A DNA stretch of 64,000 bases from Octopus sinensis. Its lineage: Eukaryota. The stretch covers positions 37,820,001 to 37,884,000 of the forward strand of contig NC_043001.1 in NCBI RefSeq assembly GCF_006345805.1, written 5' to 3'. The position numbers were made by a program, and so were the translations under genes. The notes beneath the pieces were generated by a model. That model saw only the letters and a list, made by a program, of their open reading frames with translations, did no database searches and was not told where the DNA came from. This document shows positions 39,397 to 54,506 of the stretch, piece by piece. The stretch's first letter is position 1. Each line of letters starts with the position of its first letter.

Positions 39397-42300
39397 GGTG
39401 GGCCACGACCCCCCCGTTCCTCTTCAATTGTCTTATATCTCTTTCGATCGCCATTCGGCCCCTTTCTCCGCCACCCTATATGCATATAAACCAGCGACTG
39501 ATTTCAACGGCCTCACTTGAATTCAGACTGGTATCCGACTCCCTACGAAAATACGAAATACGAAATATGAATCCAAGCTAAGCATCTATATTTAATTTCA
39601 ACCCGTGTACCTACTTAACTATCTGCAACTGATCTGATCTTTTAGTTAGCCCTGTTTTATCTCTATTAGTATTATTGTTATGACTTGTGAAATTTAGCCT
39701 CACGCCTTGTGTCTTTTTTATATGTACATATAATTCTATAGTTCATCTTAATTATATATCGTTGTCTCATGTCTTGTGTTAAATATATATTTAATCTTAA
39801 AGCTTGCCCCTAATTTTATTTTATTTTATCGATCAGTCTCACGCCTCGTAGATATAGAATAAATGTATTTATAATTTATAGCTCCTTATCGTCCACGCTT
39901 CTCCCATAGATTAGGCAAAATTTAGGTATTTATTTATAGCTACTAATAACTATTTCTCTCCCAAGAAGGGATGGCTGCCGGCCGATTCTTGGTGGGCCAC
40001 GACCCCCCCGTTCCTCTTCAATTGTCTTATATCTCTTTCGATCGCCATTCGGCCCCTTCTCTCCGCCACCCTATCCATCCTCCCTATACGCATATAAACC
40101 AGCGACTGATTTCAACGGCCTCACTTGAATTCAGACTGGTATCCGACTCCCTACGAAAATACGAAATACGAAATATGAATCCAAGCTAAGCAATCTATAT
40201 TTAATTTCAACCCGTGTACCTACTTAACTATCTGCAACTGATCTGATCTTTTAGTTAGCCCTGTTTTATCTCTATTAGTATTATTGTTATGACTTGTGAA
40301 ATTTAGCCTCACGCCTTGTGTCTTTTTTTATATGTACATATAATTCTATAGTTCATCTTAATTATATATCGTTGTCTCATGTCTTGTGTTAAATATATAT
40401 TTAATCTTAAAGCTTGCCCCTAATTTTATTTTATTTTATCGATCAGTCTCACGCCTCGTAGATATAGAATAAATGTATTTATAATTTATAGCTCCTTATC
40501 GTCCACGCTTCTCCCATAGATTAGGCAAAATTTAGGTATTTATTTATAGCTACTAATAACTATTTCTCTCCCAAGGAAAGGAAGAATGGCTGCCGGCCGA
40601 TTCTTGGTGGGCCACGACCCCCCCGTTCCTCTTCAATGTCTTATATCTCTTTCGATCGCCATTCGGCCCCTTTCTCCCGCCCCTCTCCGCCACCCTATGC
40701 ATATAAACCAGCGACTGATTTCAACGGCCTCACTTGAATTCAGACTGGTATCCGACTCCCTACGAAAATACGAAATACGAAATATGAATCCAAGCTAAGC
40801 AATCTATATTTAATTTCAACCCGTGTACCTACTTAACTATCTGCAACTGATCTGATCTTTTAGTTAGCCCTGTTTTATCTCTATTAGTATTATTGTTATG
40901 ACTTGTGAAATTTAGCCTCACGCCTTGTGTCTTTTTTATATGTACATATAATTCTATAGTTCATCTTAATTATATATCGTTGTCTCATGTCTTGTGTTAA
41001 ATATATATTTAATCTTAAAGCTTGCCCCTAATTTTATTTTATTTTATCGATCAGTCTCACGCCTCGTAGATATAGAATAAATGTATTTATAATTTATAGC
41101 TCCTTATCGTCCACGCTTCTCCCATAGATTAGGCAAAATTAGGTATTTATTTATAGCTACTAATAACTATTTCTCTCCCAAGAAGGAGAATGGCTGCCGG
41201 CCGATTCTTGGTGGGCCACGACCCCCCGTTCCTCTTCAATTGTCTTATATCTCTTTCGATCGCCATTCGGCCCCTTTCTCTCCGCCACCCTATATGCATA
41301 TAAACAGCGACTGATTTCAACGGCCTCACTTGAATTCAGACTGGTATCCGACTCCCTACGAAATACGAAATACGAAATATGAATCCAAGCTAAGCAATCT
41401 ATATTTAATTTCAACCCGTGTACCTACTTAACTATCTGCAACTGATCTGATCTTTTAGTTAGCCCTGTTTTATCTCTATTAGTATTATTGTTATGACTTG
41501 TGAAATTTAGCCTCACGCCTTGTGTCTTTTTTATATGTACATATAATTCTATAGTTCATCTTAATTATATATCGTTGTCTCATGTCTTGTGTTAAATATA
41601 TATTTAATCTTAAAGCTTGCCCCTAATTTTATTTTATTTTATCGATCAGTCTCACGCCTCGTAGATATAGAATAAATGTATTTATAATTTATAGCTCCTT
41701 ATCGTCCACGCTTCTCCCATAGATTAGGCAAAATTTAGGTATTTATTTATAGCTACTAATAACTATTTCTCTCCTAAGAAAGGAATGGCTGCCGGCCGAT
41801 TCTTGGTGGGCCACGACCCCCCCGTTCCTCTTCAATTGTCTTATATCTCTTTCGATCGCCATTCGGCCCCTTCTCTCCGCCACCCTATATGCATATAAAC
41901 CAGCGACTGATTTCAACGGCCTCACTTGAATTCAGACTGGTATCCGACTCCCTACGAAATACGAAAAACGAAATATGAATCCAAGCTAAGCAATCTATAT
42001 TTAATTTCAACCCGTGTACCTACTTAACTATCTGCAACTGATCTGATCTTTTAGTTAGCCCTGTTTTATCTCTATTAGTATTATTGTTATGACTTGTGAA
42101 ATTTAGCCTCACGCCTTGTGTCTTTTTTTATATGTACATATAATTCTATAGTTCATCTTAATTATATATATCGTTGTCTCATGTCTTGTGTTAAATATAT
42201 ATTTAATCTTAAAGCTTGCCCCTAATTTTATTTTATTTTATCGATCAGTCTCACGCCTCGTAGATATAGAATAAATGTATTTATAATTTATAGCTCCTTA

Positions 42301-45300
42301 TCGTCCACGCTTCTCCCATAGATTAGCAAAATTTAGGTATTTATTTATAGCTACTAATAACTATTTCTCCCAAGAAAGAATGGCTGCCGGCCGATTCTTG
42401 GTGGGCCACGACCCCCCCCCGTTTTCTCTTCAATTGTCTTATATCTCTTTCGATCGCCATTCGGCCCCTTTCTCCGCCACCCTATATGCATATAACCAGC
42501 GACTGATTTCAACGGCCTCACTTGAATTCAGACTGGTATCCGACTCCCTACGAAAATACGAAATACGAAATATGAATCCAAGCTAAGCAATCTATATTTA
42601 ATTTCAACCCGTGTACCTACTTAACTATCTGCAACTGATCTGATCTTTTAGTTAGCCCTGTTTTATCTCTATTAGTATTATTGTTATGACTTGTGAAATT
42701 TAGCCTCACGCCTTGTGTCTTTTTTATATGTACATATAATTCTATAGTTCATCTTAATTATATATCGTTGTCTCATGTCTTGTGTTAAATATATATTTAA
42801 TCTTAAAGCTTGCCCCTAATTTTATTTTATTTTATCGATCAGTCTCACGCCTCGTAGATATAGAATAAATGTATTTATAATTTATAGCTCCTTATCGTCC
42901 ACGCTTCTCCCATAGATTAGGCAAAATTTAGGTATTTATTTATAGCTACTAATAACTATTTCTCTCCCAAGAAGGAAGAATGGCTGCCGGCCGATTCTTG
43001 GTGGGCCACGACCCCCCCCGTTCCTCTTCAATTGTCTTATCTCTTTCGATCGCCATTCGGCCCCTTTCTCCGCCACCCTATATGCATATAAACCAGCGAC
43101 TGATTTCAACGGCCTCACTTGAATTCAGACTGGTATCCGACTCCCTACGAAAATACGAAATACGAAATATGAATCCAAGCTAAGCAATCTATATTTAATT
43201 TCAACCCGTGTACCTACTTAACTATCTGCAACTGATCTGATCTTTTAGTTAGCCCTGTTTATCTCTATTAGTATTATTGTTATGACTTGTGAAATTTAGC
43301 CTCACGCCTTGTGTCTTTTTTATATGTACATATAATTCTATAGTTCATCTTAATTATATCGTTGTCTCATGTCTTGTGTTAAATATATATTTAATCTTAA
43401 AGCTTGCCCCTAATTTTATTTTATTTTATCGATCAGTCTCACGCCTCGTAGATATAGAATAAATGTATTTATAATTTATAGCTCCTTATCGTCCACGCTT
43501 CTCCATAGATTAGGCAAAATTTAGGTATTTATTTATAGCTACTAATAACTATTTCTCTCCCAGGAAGGAAGAATGGCTGCCGGCCGATTCTTGGTGGGCC
43601 ACGACCCCCCCCGTTCCTCTTCAATTGTCTTATATCTCTTTCGATCGCCATTCGGCCCCTTTCTCCGCCACCCTATATGCATATAAACCAGCGACTGATT
43701 TCAACGGCCTCACTTGAATTCAGACTGGTATCCGACTCCCTACGAAAATACGAAATACGAAATATGAATCCAAGCTAAGCAATCTATATTTAATTTCAAC
43801 CCGTGTACCTACTTAACTATCTGCAACTGATCTGATCTTTTAGTTAGCCCTGTTTTATCTCTATTAGTATTATTGTTATGACTTGTGAAATTTAGCCTCA
43901 CGCCTTGTGTCTTTTTTTATATGTACATATAATTCTATAGTTCATCTTAATTATATATCGTGTCTCATGTCTTGTGTTAAATATATATTTAATCTTAAAG
44001 CTTGCCCCTAATTTTATTTTATTTTATCGATCAGTCTCACGCCTCGTAGATATAGAATAAATGTATATAATTTTTTATAGCTCCTTATCGTCCACGCTTC
44101 TCCCATAGATTAGGCAAAATTTAGGTATTTATTTATAGCTACTAATAACTATTTCTCTCCTAAGGAAGGAAGAATGGCTGCCGGCCGATTCTTGGTGGGC
44201 CACGACCCCCCGTTCCTCTTCAATTGTCTTATATCTCTTTCGATCGCCATTCGGCCCCTTTCTCCGCCACCCTATATGCATATAAACCAGACTGATTTCA
44301 ACGGCCTCACTTGAATTCAGACTGGTATCCGACTCCCTACGAAAATACGAAATACGAAATATGAATCCAAGCTAAGCAATCTATATTTAATTTCAACCCG
44401 TGTACCTACTTAACTATCTGCAACTGATCTGATCTTTTAGTTAGCCCTGTTTTATCTCTATTAGTATTATTGTTATGACTTGTGAAATTTAGCCTCACGC
44501 CTTGTGTCTTTTTTATATGTACATATAATTCTATAGTTCATCTTAATTATATATCGTTGTCTCATGTCTTGTGTTAAATATATATTTAATCTTAAAGCTT
44601 GCCCCTAATTTTATTTTATTTTATCGATCAGTCTCACGCCTCGTAGATATAGAATAAATGTATTTATAATTTATAGCTCCTTATCGTCCACGCTTCTCCC
44701 ATAGATTAGGCAAAATTTAGGTATTTATTTATAGCTACTAATAACTATTTCTCTCCCAAGGAAGGAAGAATGGCTGCCGGCCGATTCTTGGTGGGCCACG
44801 ACCCCCCTTCCTCTTCAATTGTCTTATATCTCTTTCGATCGCCATTCGGCCCCTTTCTCCCTCCGCCACCCTATATGCATATAAACCAGCGACTGATTTC
44901 AACGGCCTCACTTGAATTCAGACTGGTATCCGACTCCCTACGAAAATACGAAATACGAAATATGAATCCAAGCTAAGCAATCTATATTTAATTTCAACCC
45001 GTGTACCTACTTAACTATCTGCAACTGATCTGATCTTTTAGTTAGCCCTGTTTTATCTCTATTAGTATTATTGTTATGACTTGTGAAATTTAGCCTCACG
45101 CCTTGTGTCTTTTTTTATATGTACATATAATTCTATAGTTCATCTTAATTATATATCGTTGTCTCATGTCTTGTGTTAAATATATATTTAATCTTAAAGC
45201 TTGCCCCTAATTTTATTTTATTTTATCGATCAGTCTCACGCCTCGTAGATATAGAATAAATGTATTTATAATTTATAGCTCCTTATCGTCCACGCTTCTC

Positions 45301-48300
45301 CCATAGATTAGGCAAAATTTAGGTATTTATTTATAGCTACTAATAACTATTTCTCTCCCAAGGAAGGAAGAATGGCTGCCGGCCGATTCTTGGTGGGCCA
45401 CGACCCCCCCCGTTCCTCTTCAATTGTCTTATATCTCTTTCGATCGCCATTCGGCCCCTTTCTCCGCCACCCTATATGCATATAAACCAGCGACTGATTT
45501 CAACGGCCTCACTTGAATTCAGACTGGTATCCGACTCCCTACGAAAATACGAAATACGAAATATGAATCCAAGCTAAGCAATCTATATTTAATTTCAACC
45601 CGTGTACCTACTTAACTATCTGCAACTGATCTGATCTTTTAGTTAGCCCTGTTTTATCTCTATTAGTATTATTGTTATGACTTGTGAAATTTAGCCTCAC
45701 GCCTTGTGTCTTTTTTTAATGTACATATAATTCTATAGTTCATCTTAATTATATATCGTTGTCTCATGTCTTGTGTTAAATATATATTTAATCTTAAAGC
45801 TTGCCCCTAATTTTATTTTATTTTATCGATCAGTCTCACGCCTCGTAGATATAGAATAAATGTATTTATAATTTATAGCTCCTTATCGTCCACGCTTCTC
45901 CCATAGATTAGGCAAAATTTAGGTATTTATTTATAGCTACTAATAACTATTTCTCTCCCAAGGAAGGAAGAATGGCTGCCGGCCGATTCTTGGTGGGCCA
46001 CGACCCCCCCGTTCCTCTTCAATTGTCTTATATCTCTTTCGATCGCCATTCGGCCCTTTCTCCGCCACCCTATATGCATATAAACCAGCGACTGATTTCA
46101 ACGGCCTCACTTGAATTCAGACTGGTATCCGACTCCCTACACGAAAATACGAAATACGAAATATGAATCCAAGCTAAGCAATCTATATTTAATTTCAACC
46201 CGTGTACCTACTTAACTATCTGCAACTGATCTGATCTTTTAGTTAGCCCTGTTTTATCTCTATTAGTATTATTGTTATGACTTGTGAAATTTAGCCTCAC
46301 GCCTTGTGTCTTTTTTTATATGTACATATAATTCTATAGTTCATCTTATTATATATATCGTTGTCTCATGTCTTGTGTTAAATATATATTTAATCTTAAA
46401 GCTTGCCCCTAATTTTATTTTATTTTATCGATCAGTCTCACGCCTCGTAGATATAGAATAAATGTATTTATAATTTATAGCTCCTTATCGTCCACGCTTC
46501 TCCCATAGATTAGGCAAAATTTAGGTATTTATTTATAGCTACTAATAACTATTTCTCTCCCAAGGAAGGAAGAATGGCTGCCGGCCGATTCTTGGTGGGC
46601 CACGACCCCCCCGTTTCCTCTTCAATTGTCTTATATCTCTTTCGATCGCCATTCGGCCCCTTTCTCTCCGCCACCCTATATGCATATAAACCAGCGACTG
46701 ATTTCAACGGCCTCACTTGAATTCAGACTGGTATCCGACTCCCTACGAAAATACGAAATACGAAATATGAATCCAAGCTAAGCAATCTATATTTAATTTC
46801 AACCCGTGTACCTACTTAACTATCTGCAACTGATCTGATCTTTTAGTTAGCCCTGTTTTATCTCTATTAGTATTATTGTTATGACTTGTGAAATTTAGCC
46901 TCACGCCTTGTGTTTTTTTATATGTACATATAATTCTATAGTTCATCTTAATTATATATCGTTGTCTCATGTCTTGTGTTAAATATATATTTAATCTTAA
47001 AGCTTGCCCCTAATTTTATTTTATTTTATCGATCAGTCTCACGCCTCGTAGATATAGAATAAATGTATTTATAATTTATAGCTCCTTATCGTCCACGCTT
47101 CTCCCATAGATTAGGCAAAATTTAGGTATTTATTTATAGCTACTAATAACTATTTCTCTCCCAAGGAAGGAAGAATGGCTGCCGGCCGATTCTTGGTGGG
47201 CCACGACCCCCCCGTTCCTCTTCAATTGTCTTATATCTCTTTCGATCGCCATTCGGCCCCTCTCTCTCGCCACCCTATATGCATATAAACCAGCGACTGA
47301 TTTCAACGGCCTCACTTGAATTCAGACTGGTATCCGACTCCCTACGAAAATACGAAATACGAAATATGAATCCAAGCTAAGCAATCTATATTTAATTTCA
47401 ACCCGTGTACCTACTTAACTATCTGCAACTGATCTGATCTTTTAGTTAGCCCTGTTTTATCTCTATTAGTATTATTGTTATGACTTGTGAAATTTAGCCT
47501 CACGCCTTGTGTCTTTTTTATATGTACATATAATTCTATAGTTCATCTTAATTATATATCGTTGTCTCATGTCTTGTGTTAAATATATATTTAATCTTAA
47601 AGCTTGCCCCTAATTTTATTTATTTTATCGATCAGTCTCACGCCTCGTAGATATAGAATAAATGTATTTATAATTTATAGCTCCTTATCGTCCACGCTTC
47701 TCCCATAGATTAGGCAAAATTTAGGTATTTATTTATAGCTACTAATAACTATTTCTCTCCCAAGGAAGGAAGAATGGCTGCCGGCCGATTCTTGGTGGGC
47801 CACGACCCCCCCCGTTCCTCTTCAATTGTCTTATATCTCTTTCGATCGCCATTCGGCCCCTCTTCTCCGCCACCCTATATGCATATAAACCAGCGACTGA
47901 TTTCAACGGCCTCACTTGAATTCAGACTGGTATCCGACTCCCTACGAAAATACGAAATACGAAATATGAATCCAAGCTAAGCAATCTATATTTTTCAACC
48001 CGTGTACCTACTTAACTATCTGCAACTGATCTGATCTTTTAGTTAGCCCTGTTTTATCTCTATTAGTATTATTGTTATGACTTGTGAAATTTAGCCTCAC
48101 GCCTTGTGTCTTTTTTATATGTACATATAATTCTATAGTTCATCTTAATTATATATCGTTGTCTCATGTCTTGTGTTAAATATATATTTAATCTTAAAGC
48201 TTGCCCCTAATTTTATTTTATTTTATCGATCAGTCTCACGCCTCGTAGATATAGAATAAATGTATTTATAATTTATAGCTCCTTATCGTCCACGCTTCTC

Positions 48301-51300
48301 CCATAGATTAGGCAAAATTTAGGTATTTATTTATAGCTACTAATAACTATTTCTCTCCCAAGAAGGAAGAATGGCTGCCGGCCGATTCTTGGTGGGCCAC
48401 GACCCCCCCGTTCCTCTTCAATTGTCTTATATCTCTTTCGATCGCCATTCGGCCCCTTTCTCCGCCACCTATATGCATATAAAACCAGCGACTGATTTCA
48501 ACGGCCTCACTTGAATTCAGACTGGTATCCGACTCCCTACGAAAATACGAAATACGAAATATGAATCCAAGCTAAGCAATCTATATTTAATTTCAACCCG
48601 TGTACCTACTTAACTATCTGCAACTGATCTGATCTTTTAGTTAGCCCTGTTTTATCTCTATTAGTATTATTGTTATGACTTGTGAAATTTAGCCTCACGC
48701 CTTGTGTCTTTTTTATATGTACATATAATTCTATAGTTCATCTTAATTATATATCGTTGTCTCATGTCTTGTGTTAAATATATATTTAATCTTAAAGCTT
48801 GCCCCTAATTTTATTTTATTTTATCGATCAGTCTCACGCCTCGTAGATATAGAATAAATGTATTTAATTTTATAGCTCCTTATCGTCCACGCTTCTCCCA
48901 TAGATTAGGCAAAATTTAGGTATTTATTTATAGCTACTAATAACTATTTCTCTCCCAAGGAAGGAAGAATGGCTGCCGGCCGATTCTTGGTGGGCCACGA
49001 CCCCCCCGTTCCTCTTCAATTGTCTTATATCTCTTTCGATCGCCATTCGGCCCCTTTCTCCCGCCACCCTATATGCATATAAACCAGCGACTGATTTCAA
49101 CGGCCTCACTTGAATTCAGACTGGTATCCGACTCCCTACGAAAATACGAAATACGAAATATGAATCCAAGCTAAGCAATCTATATTTAATTTCAACCCGT
49201 GTACCTACTTAACTATCTGCAACTGATCTGATCTTTTAGTTAGCCCTGTTTTATCTCTATTAGTATTATTGTTATGACTTGTGAAATTTAGCCTCACGCC
49301 TTGTGTCTTTTTTTATATGTACATATAATTCTATAGTTCATCTTAATTATATATCGTTGTCTCATGTCTTGTGTTAAATATATATTTAATCTTAAAGCTT
49401 GCCCCTAATTTTATTTTATTTTATCGATCAGTCTCACGCCTCGTAGATATAGAATAAATGTATTTATAATTTATAGCTCCTTATCGTCCACGCTTCTCCC
49501 ATAGATTAGGCAAAATTTAGGTATTTATTTATAGCTACTAATAACTATTTCTCTCCCAAGGAAGGAAGAATGGCTGCCGGCCGATTCTTGGTGGGCCACG
49601 ACCCCCCCCCGTTCCTCTTCAATTGTCTTATCTCTTTCGATCGCCATTCGCCCCCTCCCTTTCTCCGCCACCCTATATGCATATAAACCAGCGACTGATT
49701 TCAACGGCCTCACTTGAATTCAGACTGGTATCCGACTCCCTACGAAAATACGAAATACGAAATATGAATCCAAGCTAAGCAATCTATATTTAATTTCAAC
49801 CCGTGTACCTACTTAACTATCTGCAACTGATCTGATCTTTTAGTTAGCCCTGTTTTATCTCTATTAGTATTATTGTTATGACTTGTGAAATTTAGCCTCA
49901 CGCCTTGTGTCTTTTTTTATATGTACATATAATTCTATAGTTCATCTTAATTATATATCGTTGTCTCATGTCTTGTGTTAAATATATATTTAATCTTAAA
50001 GCTTGCCCCTAATTTTATTTTATTTTATCGATCAGTCTCACGCCTCGTAGATATAGAATAAATGTATTTATAATTTATAGCTCCTTATCGTCCACGCTTC
50101 TCCCATAGATTAGGCAAAATTTAGGTATTTATTTATAGCTACTAATAACTATTTCTCTCCAAGGAAGGAAGAATGGCTGCCGGCCGATTCTTGGTGGGCC
50201 ACGACCCCCCGTTCCTCTTCAATTGTCTTATATCTCTTTCGATCGCCATTCGGCCCCTTTCTCCGCCACCCTATATGCATATAAACCAGCGACTGATTTC
50301 ATTCAACGGCCTCACTTGAATTCAGACTGGTATCCGACTCCCTACGAAAATACGAAATACGAAATATGAATCCAAGCTAAGCAATCTATATTTAATTTCA
50401 ACCCGTGTACCTACTTAACTATCTGCAACTGATCTGATCTTTTAGTTAGCCCTGTTTTATCTCTATTAGTATTATTGTTATGACTTGTGAAATTTAGCCT
50501 CACGCCTTGTGTCTTTTTATATGTACATATAATTCTATAGTTCATCTTAATTATATATCGTTGTCTCATGTCTTGTGTTAAATATATATTTAATCTTAAA
50601 GCTTGCCCCTAATTTTATTTTATTTTATCGATCAGTCTCACGCCTCGTAGATATAGAATAAATGTATTTATAATTTATAGCTCCTTATCGTCCACGCTTC
50701 TCCCATAGATTAGGCAAAATTTAGGTATTTATTTATAGCTACTAATAACTATTTCTCTCCCAAGGAAGGAAGAATGGCTGCCGGCCGATTCTTGGTGGGC
50801 CACGACCCCCCCGTTCCTCTTCAATTGTCTTATATCTCTTTCGATCGCCATTCGGCCCCTTTCTCCGCCACCCTATATGCATATAAACCAGCGACTGATT
50901 TCAACGGCCTCACTTGAATTCAGACTGGTATCCGACTCCCTACGAAAATACGAAATACGAAATATGAATCCAAGCTAAGCAATCTATATTTAATTTCAAC
51001 CCGTGTACCTACTTAACTATCTGCAACTGATCTGATCTTTTAGTTAGCCCTGTTTTATCTCTATTAGTATTATTGTTATGACTTGTGAAATTTAGCCTCA
51101 CGCCTTGTGTCTTTTTTTATATGTACATATAATTCTATAGTTCATCTTAATTATATATCGTTGTCTCATGTCTTGTGTTAAATATATATTTAATCTTAAA
51201 GCTTGCCCCTAATTTTATTTTATTTTATCGATCAGTCTCACGCCTCGTAGATATAGAATAAATGTATTTATAATTTATAGCTCCTTATCGTCCACGCTTC

Positions 51301-54300
51301 TCCCATAGATTAGGCAAAATTTAGGTATTTATTTATAGCTACTAATAACTATTTCTCTCCCAAGGAAGGAAGAATGGCTGCCGGCCGATTCTTGGTGGGC
51401 CACGACCCCCCCGTTCCTCTTCAATTGTCTTATATCTCTTTCGATCGCCATTCGGCCCCTTTCTCCGCCACCCTATATGCATATAAACCAGCGACTGATT
51501 TCAACGGCCTCACTTGAATTCAGACTGGTATCCGACTCCCTACGAAAATACGAAATACGAAATATGAATCCAAGCTAAGCATCTATATTTAATTTCAACC
51601 CGTGTACCTACTTAACTATCTGCAACTGATCTGATCTTTTAGTTAGCCCTGTTTTATCTCTATTAGTATTATTGTTATGACTTGTGAAATTTAGCCTCAC
51701 GCCTTGTGTCTTTTTTTTATGTACATATAATTCTATAGTTCATCTTAATTATATATCGTTGTCTCATGTCTTGTGTTAAATATATATTTAATCTTAAAGC
51801 TTGCCCCTAATTTTATTTTATTTTATCGATCAGTCTCACGCCTCGTAGATATAGAATAAATGTATTTATAATTTATAGCTCCTTATCGTCCACGCTTCTC
51901 CCATAGATTAGGCAAAATTTAGGTATTTATTTATAGCTACTAATAACTATTTCTCTCCCAAGGAAGGAAGAATGGCTGCCGGCCGATTCTTGGTGGGCCA
52001 CGACCCCCCCCGTTCCTCTTCAATTGTCTTATCTCTTTCGATCGCCATTCGGCCCCTTTCTCCGCCACCCTATATGCATATAAACCAGCGACTGATTTCA
52101 ACGGCCTCACTTGAATTCAGACTGGTATCCGACTCCCTACGAAAATACGAAATACGAAATATGAATCCAAGCTAAGCAATCTATATTTAATTTCAACCCG
52201 TGTACCTACTTAACTATCTGCAACTGATCTGATCTTTTAGTTAGCCCTGTTTTATCTCTATTAGTATTATTGTTATGACTTGTGAAATTTAGCCTCACGC
52301 CTTGTGTCTTTTTTTATATGTACATATAATTCTATAGTTCATCTTAATTATATATCGTTGTCTCATGTCTTGTGTTAAATATATATTTAATCTTAAAGCT
52401 TGCCCCTAATTTTATTTTATTTTATCGATCAGTCTCACGCCTCGTAGATATAGAATAAATGTATTTATAATTTATAGCTCCTTATCGTCCACGCTTCTCC
52501 CATAGATTAGGCAAAATTTAGGTATTTATTTATAGCTACTAATAACTATTCTCTCTCCCAGGAAGGAAGAATGGCTGCCGGCCGATTCTTGGTGGGCCAC
52601 GACCCCCCCGTTCCTCTTCAATTGTCTTATATCTCTTTCGATCGCCATTCGGCCCCCTTTCTCCGCCACCCTATATGCATATAAACCAGCGACTGATTTC
52701 AACGGCCTCACTTGAATTCAGACTGGTATCCGACTCCCTACGAAAATACGAAATACGAAATATGAATCCAAGCTAAGCAATCTATATTTAATTTCAACCC
52801 GTGTACCTACTTAACTATCTGCAACTGATCTGATCTTTTAGTTAGCCCTGTTTTATCTCTATTAGTATTATTGTTATGACTTGTGAAATTTAGCCTCACG
52901 CCTTGTGTCTTTTTTTTATGTACATATAATTCTATAGTTCATCTTAATTATATATCGTTGTCTCATGTCTTGTGTTAAATATATATTTAATCTTAAAGCT
53001 TGCCCCTAATTTTATTTTATTTTATCGATCAGTCTCACGCCTCGTAGATATAGAATAAATGTATTTATAATTTATAGCTCCTTATCGTCCACGCTTCTCC
53101 CATAGATTAGGCAAAATTTAGGTATTTATTTATAGCTACTAATAACTATTTCTCTCCCAAGGAAGGAAGAATGGCTGCCGGCCGATTCTTGGTGGGCCAC
53201 GACCCCCCCGTTCCTCTTCAATTGTCTTATATCTCTTTCGATCGCCATTCGGCCCCTTTCTCCGCCACCCTATATGCATATAAACCAGCGACTGATTTCA
53301 ACGGCCTCACTTGAATTCAGACTGGTATCCGACTCCCTACGAAAATACGAAATACGAAATATGAATCCAAGCTAAGCAATCTATATTTATTTTCAACCCG
53401 TGTACCTACTTAACTATCTGCAACTGATCTGATCTTTTAGTTAGCCCTGTTTTATCTCTATTAGTATTATTGTTATGACTTGTGAAATTTAGCCTCACGC
53501 CTTGTGTCTTTTTTATATGTACATATAATTCTATAGTTCATCTTAATTATATATCGTTGTCTCATGTCTTGTGTTAAATATATATTTAATCTTAAAGCTT
53601 GCCCCTAATTTTATTTTATTTTATCGATCAGTCTCACGCCTCGTAGATATAGAATAAATGTATTTATAATTTATAGCTCCTTATCGTCCACGCTTCTCCC
53701 ATAGATTAGGCAAAATTTAGGTATTATTTATTTATAGCTACTAATAACTATTTCTCTCCCAGGAAGGAAGAATGGCTGCCGGCCGATTCTTGGTGGGCCA
53801 CGACCCCCCCGTTCCTCTTCAATTGTCTTATATCTCTTTCGATCGCCATTCGGCCCCCTTTCTCCGCCACCCTATATGCATAAAACCAGCGACTGATTTC
53901 AACGGCCTCACTTGAATTCAGACTGGTATCCGACTCCCTACGAAAATACGAAATACGAAATATGAATCCAAGCTAAGCAATCTATATTTAATTTCAACCC
54001 GTGTACCTACTTAACTATCTGCAACTGATCTGATCTTTTAGTTAGCCCTGTTTTATCTCTATTAGTATTATTGTTATGACTTGTGAAATTTAGCCTCACG
54101 CCTTGTGTCTTTTTTTTATGTACATATAATTCTATAGTTCATCTTAATTATATATCGTTGTCTCATGTCTTGTGTTAAATATATATTTAATCTTAAAGCT
54201 TGCCCCTAATTTTATTTTATTTTATCGATCAGTCTCACGCCTCGTAGATATAGAATAAATGTATTTATATTTATAGCTCCTTATCGTCCACGCTTCTCCC

Positions 54301-54365
54301 ATAGGTTAGGCAAAATTTATTATTTATTTATAGCTACTAATAACTATTTCTCTCCTAAGAAAGGA
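39397..54365 (+). repeat. Tandem array of ~25 near-identical ~600-bp monomers
   Basis: ATGGCTGCCG recurs 25 times from 39971 to 54366 at about 595-615 bp spacing; the first unit lacks its first ~20 nt; differences are mostly homopolymer lengths. Confidence 0.97.
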
Positions 54366-54506
54366 ATGGCTGCCGCCCGGTTTTCGCTGTGCACCCGCCC
54401 TCCCACCCCCACCACCGGTACAGGAAGTCCTAAATTTTTCTCATCCTTGTCTCCCTATACACTCAAAGTCTTACGCGCCACCCCCACCTCCTTCCATAAA
54501 AGGTAG
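54366..54506 (+). CDS. Short upstream ORF of the RTE element (46 aa, MAAARFSLCTRPP...HKR*)
   Basis: Open from ATG 54366 to TAG 54504-54506; the stop overlaps the GTG that opens the main frame (TAGTG). Confidence 0.55.
   Translation: MAAARFSLCTRPPTPTTGTGSPKFFSSLSPYTLKVLRATPTSFHKR

Noticed and set aside
39971-40070. HDV-like ribozyme in the monomer (RTEs often have one)
   Set aside because: GGCCGA/TCGGCC can pair, but P3/L3/P1.1 and P2 could not be placed in the required order on either strand.
41147-52711. Recurrent minus-strand 60-aa ORFs (MRPLKSVA...)
   Set aside because: Non-ATG starts, frame varies with homopolymer length, and recurrence is just the repeat.
39397-54365. Array as a 5S rRNA, tRNA, snRNA or SL-RNA gene cluster
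   Set aside because: I could not find A/B/C boxes, an Sm site or recognisable RNA gene sequence on either strand; an Infernal scan would be the definitive test.
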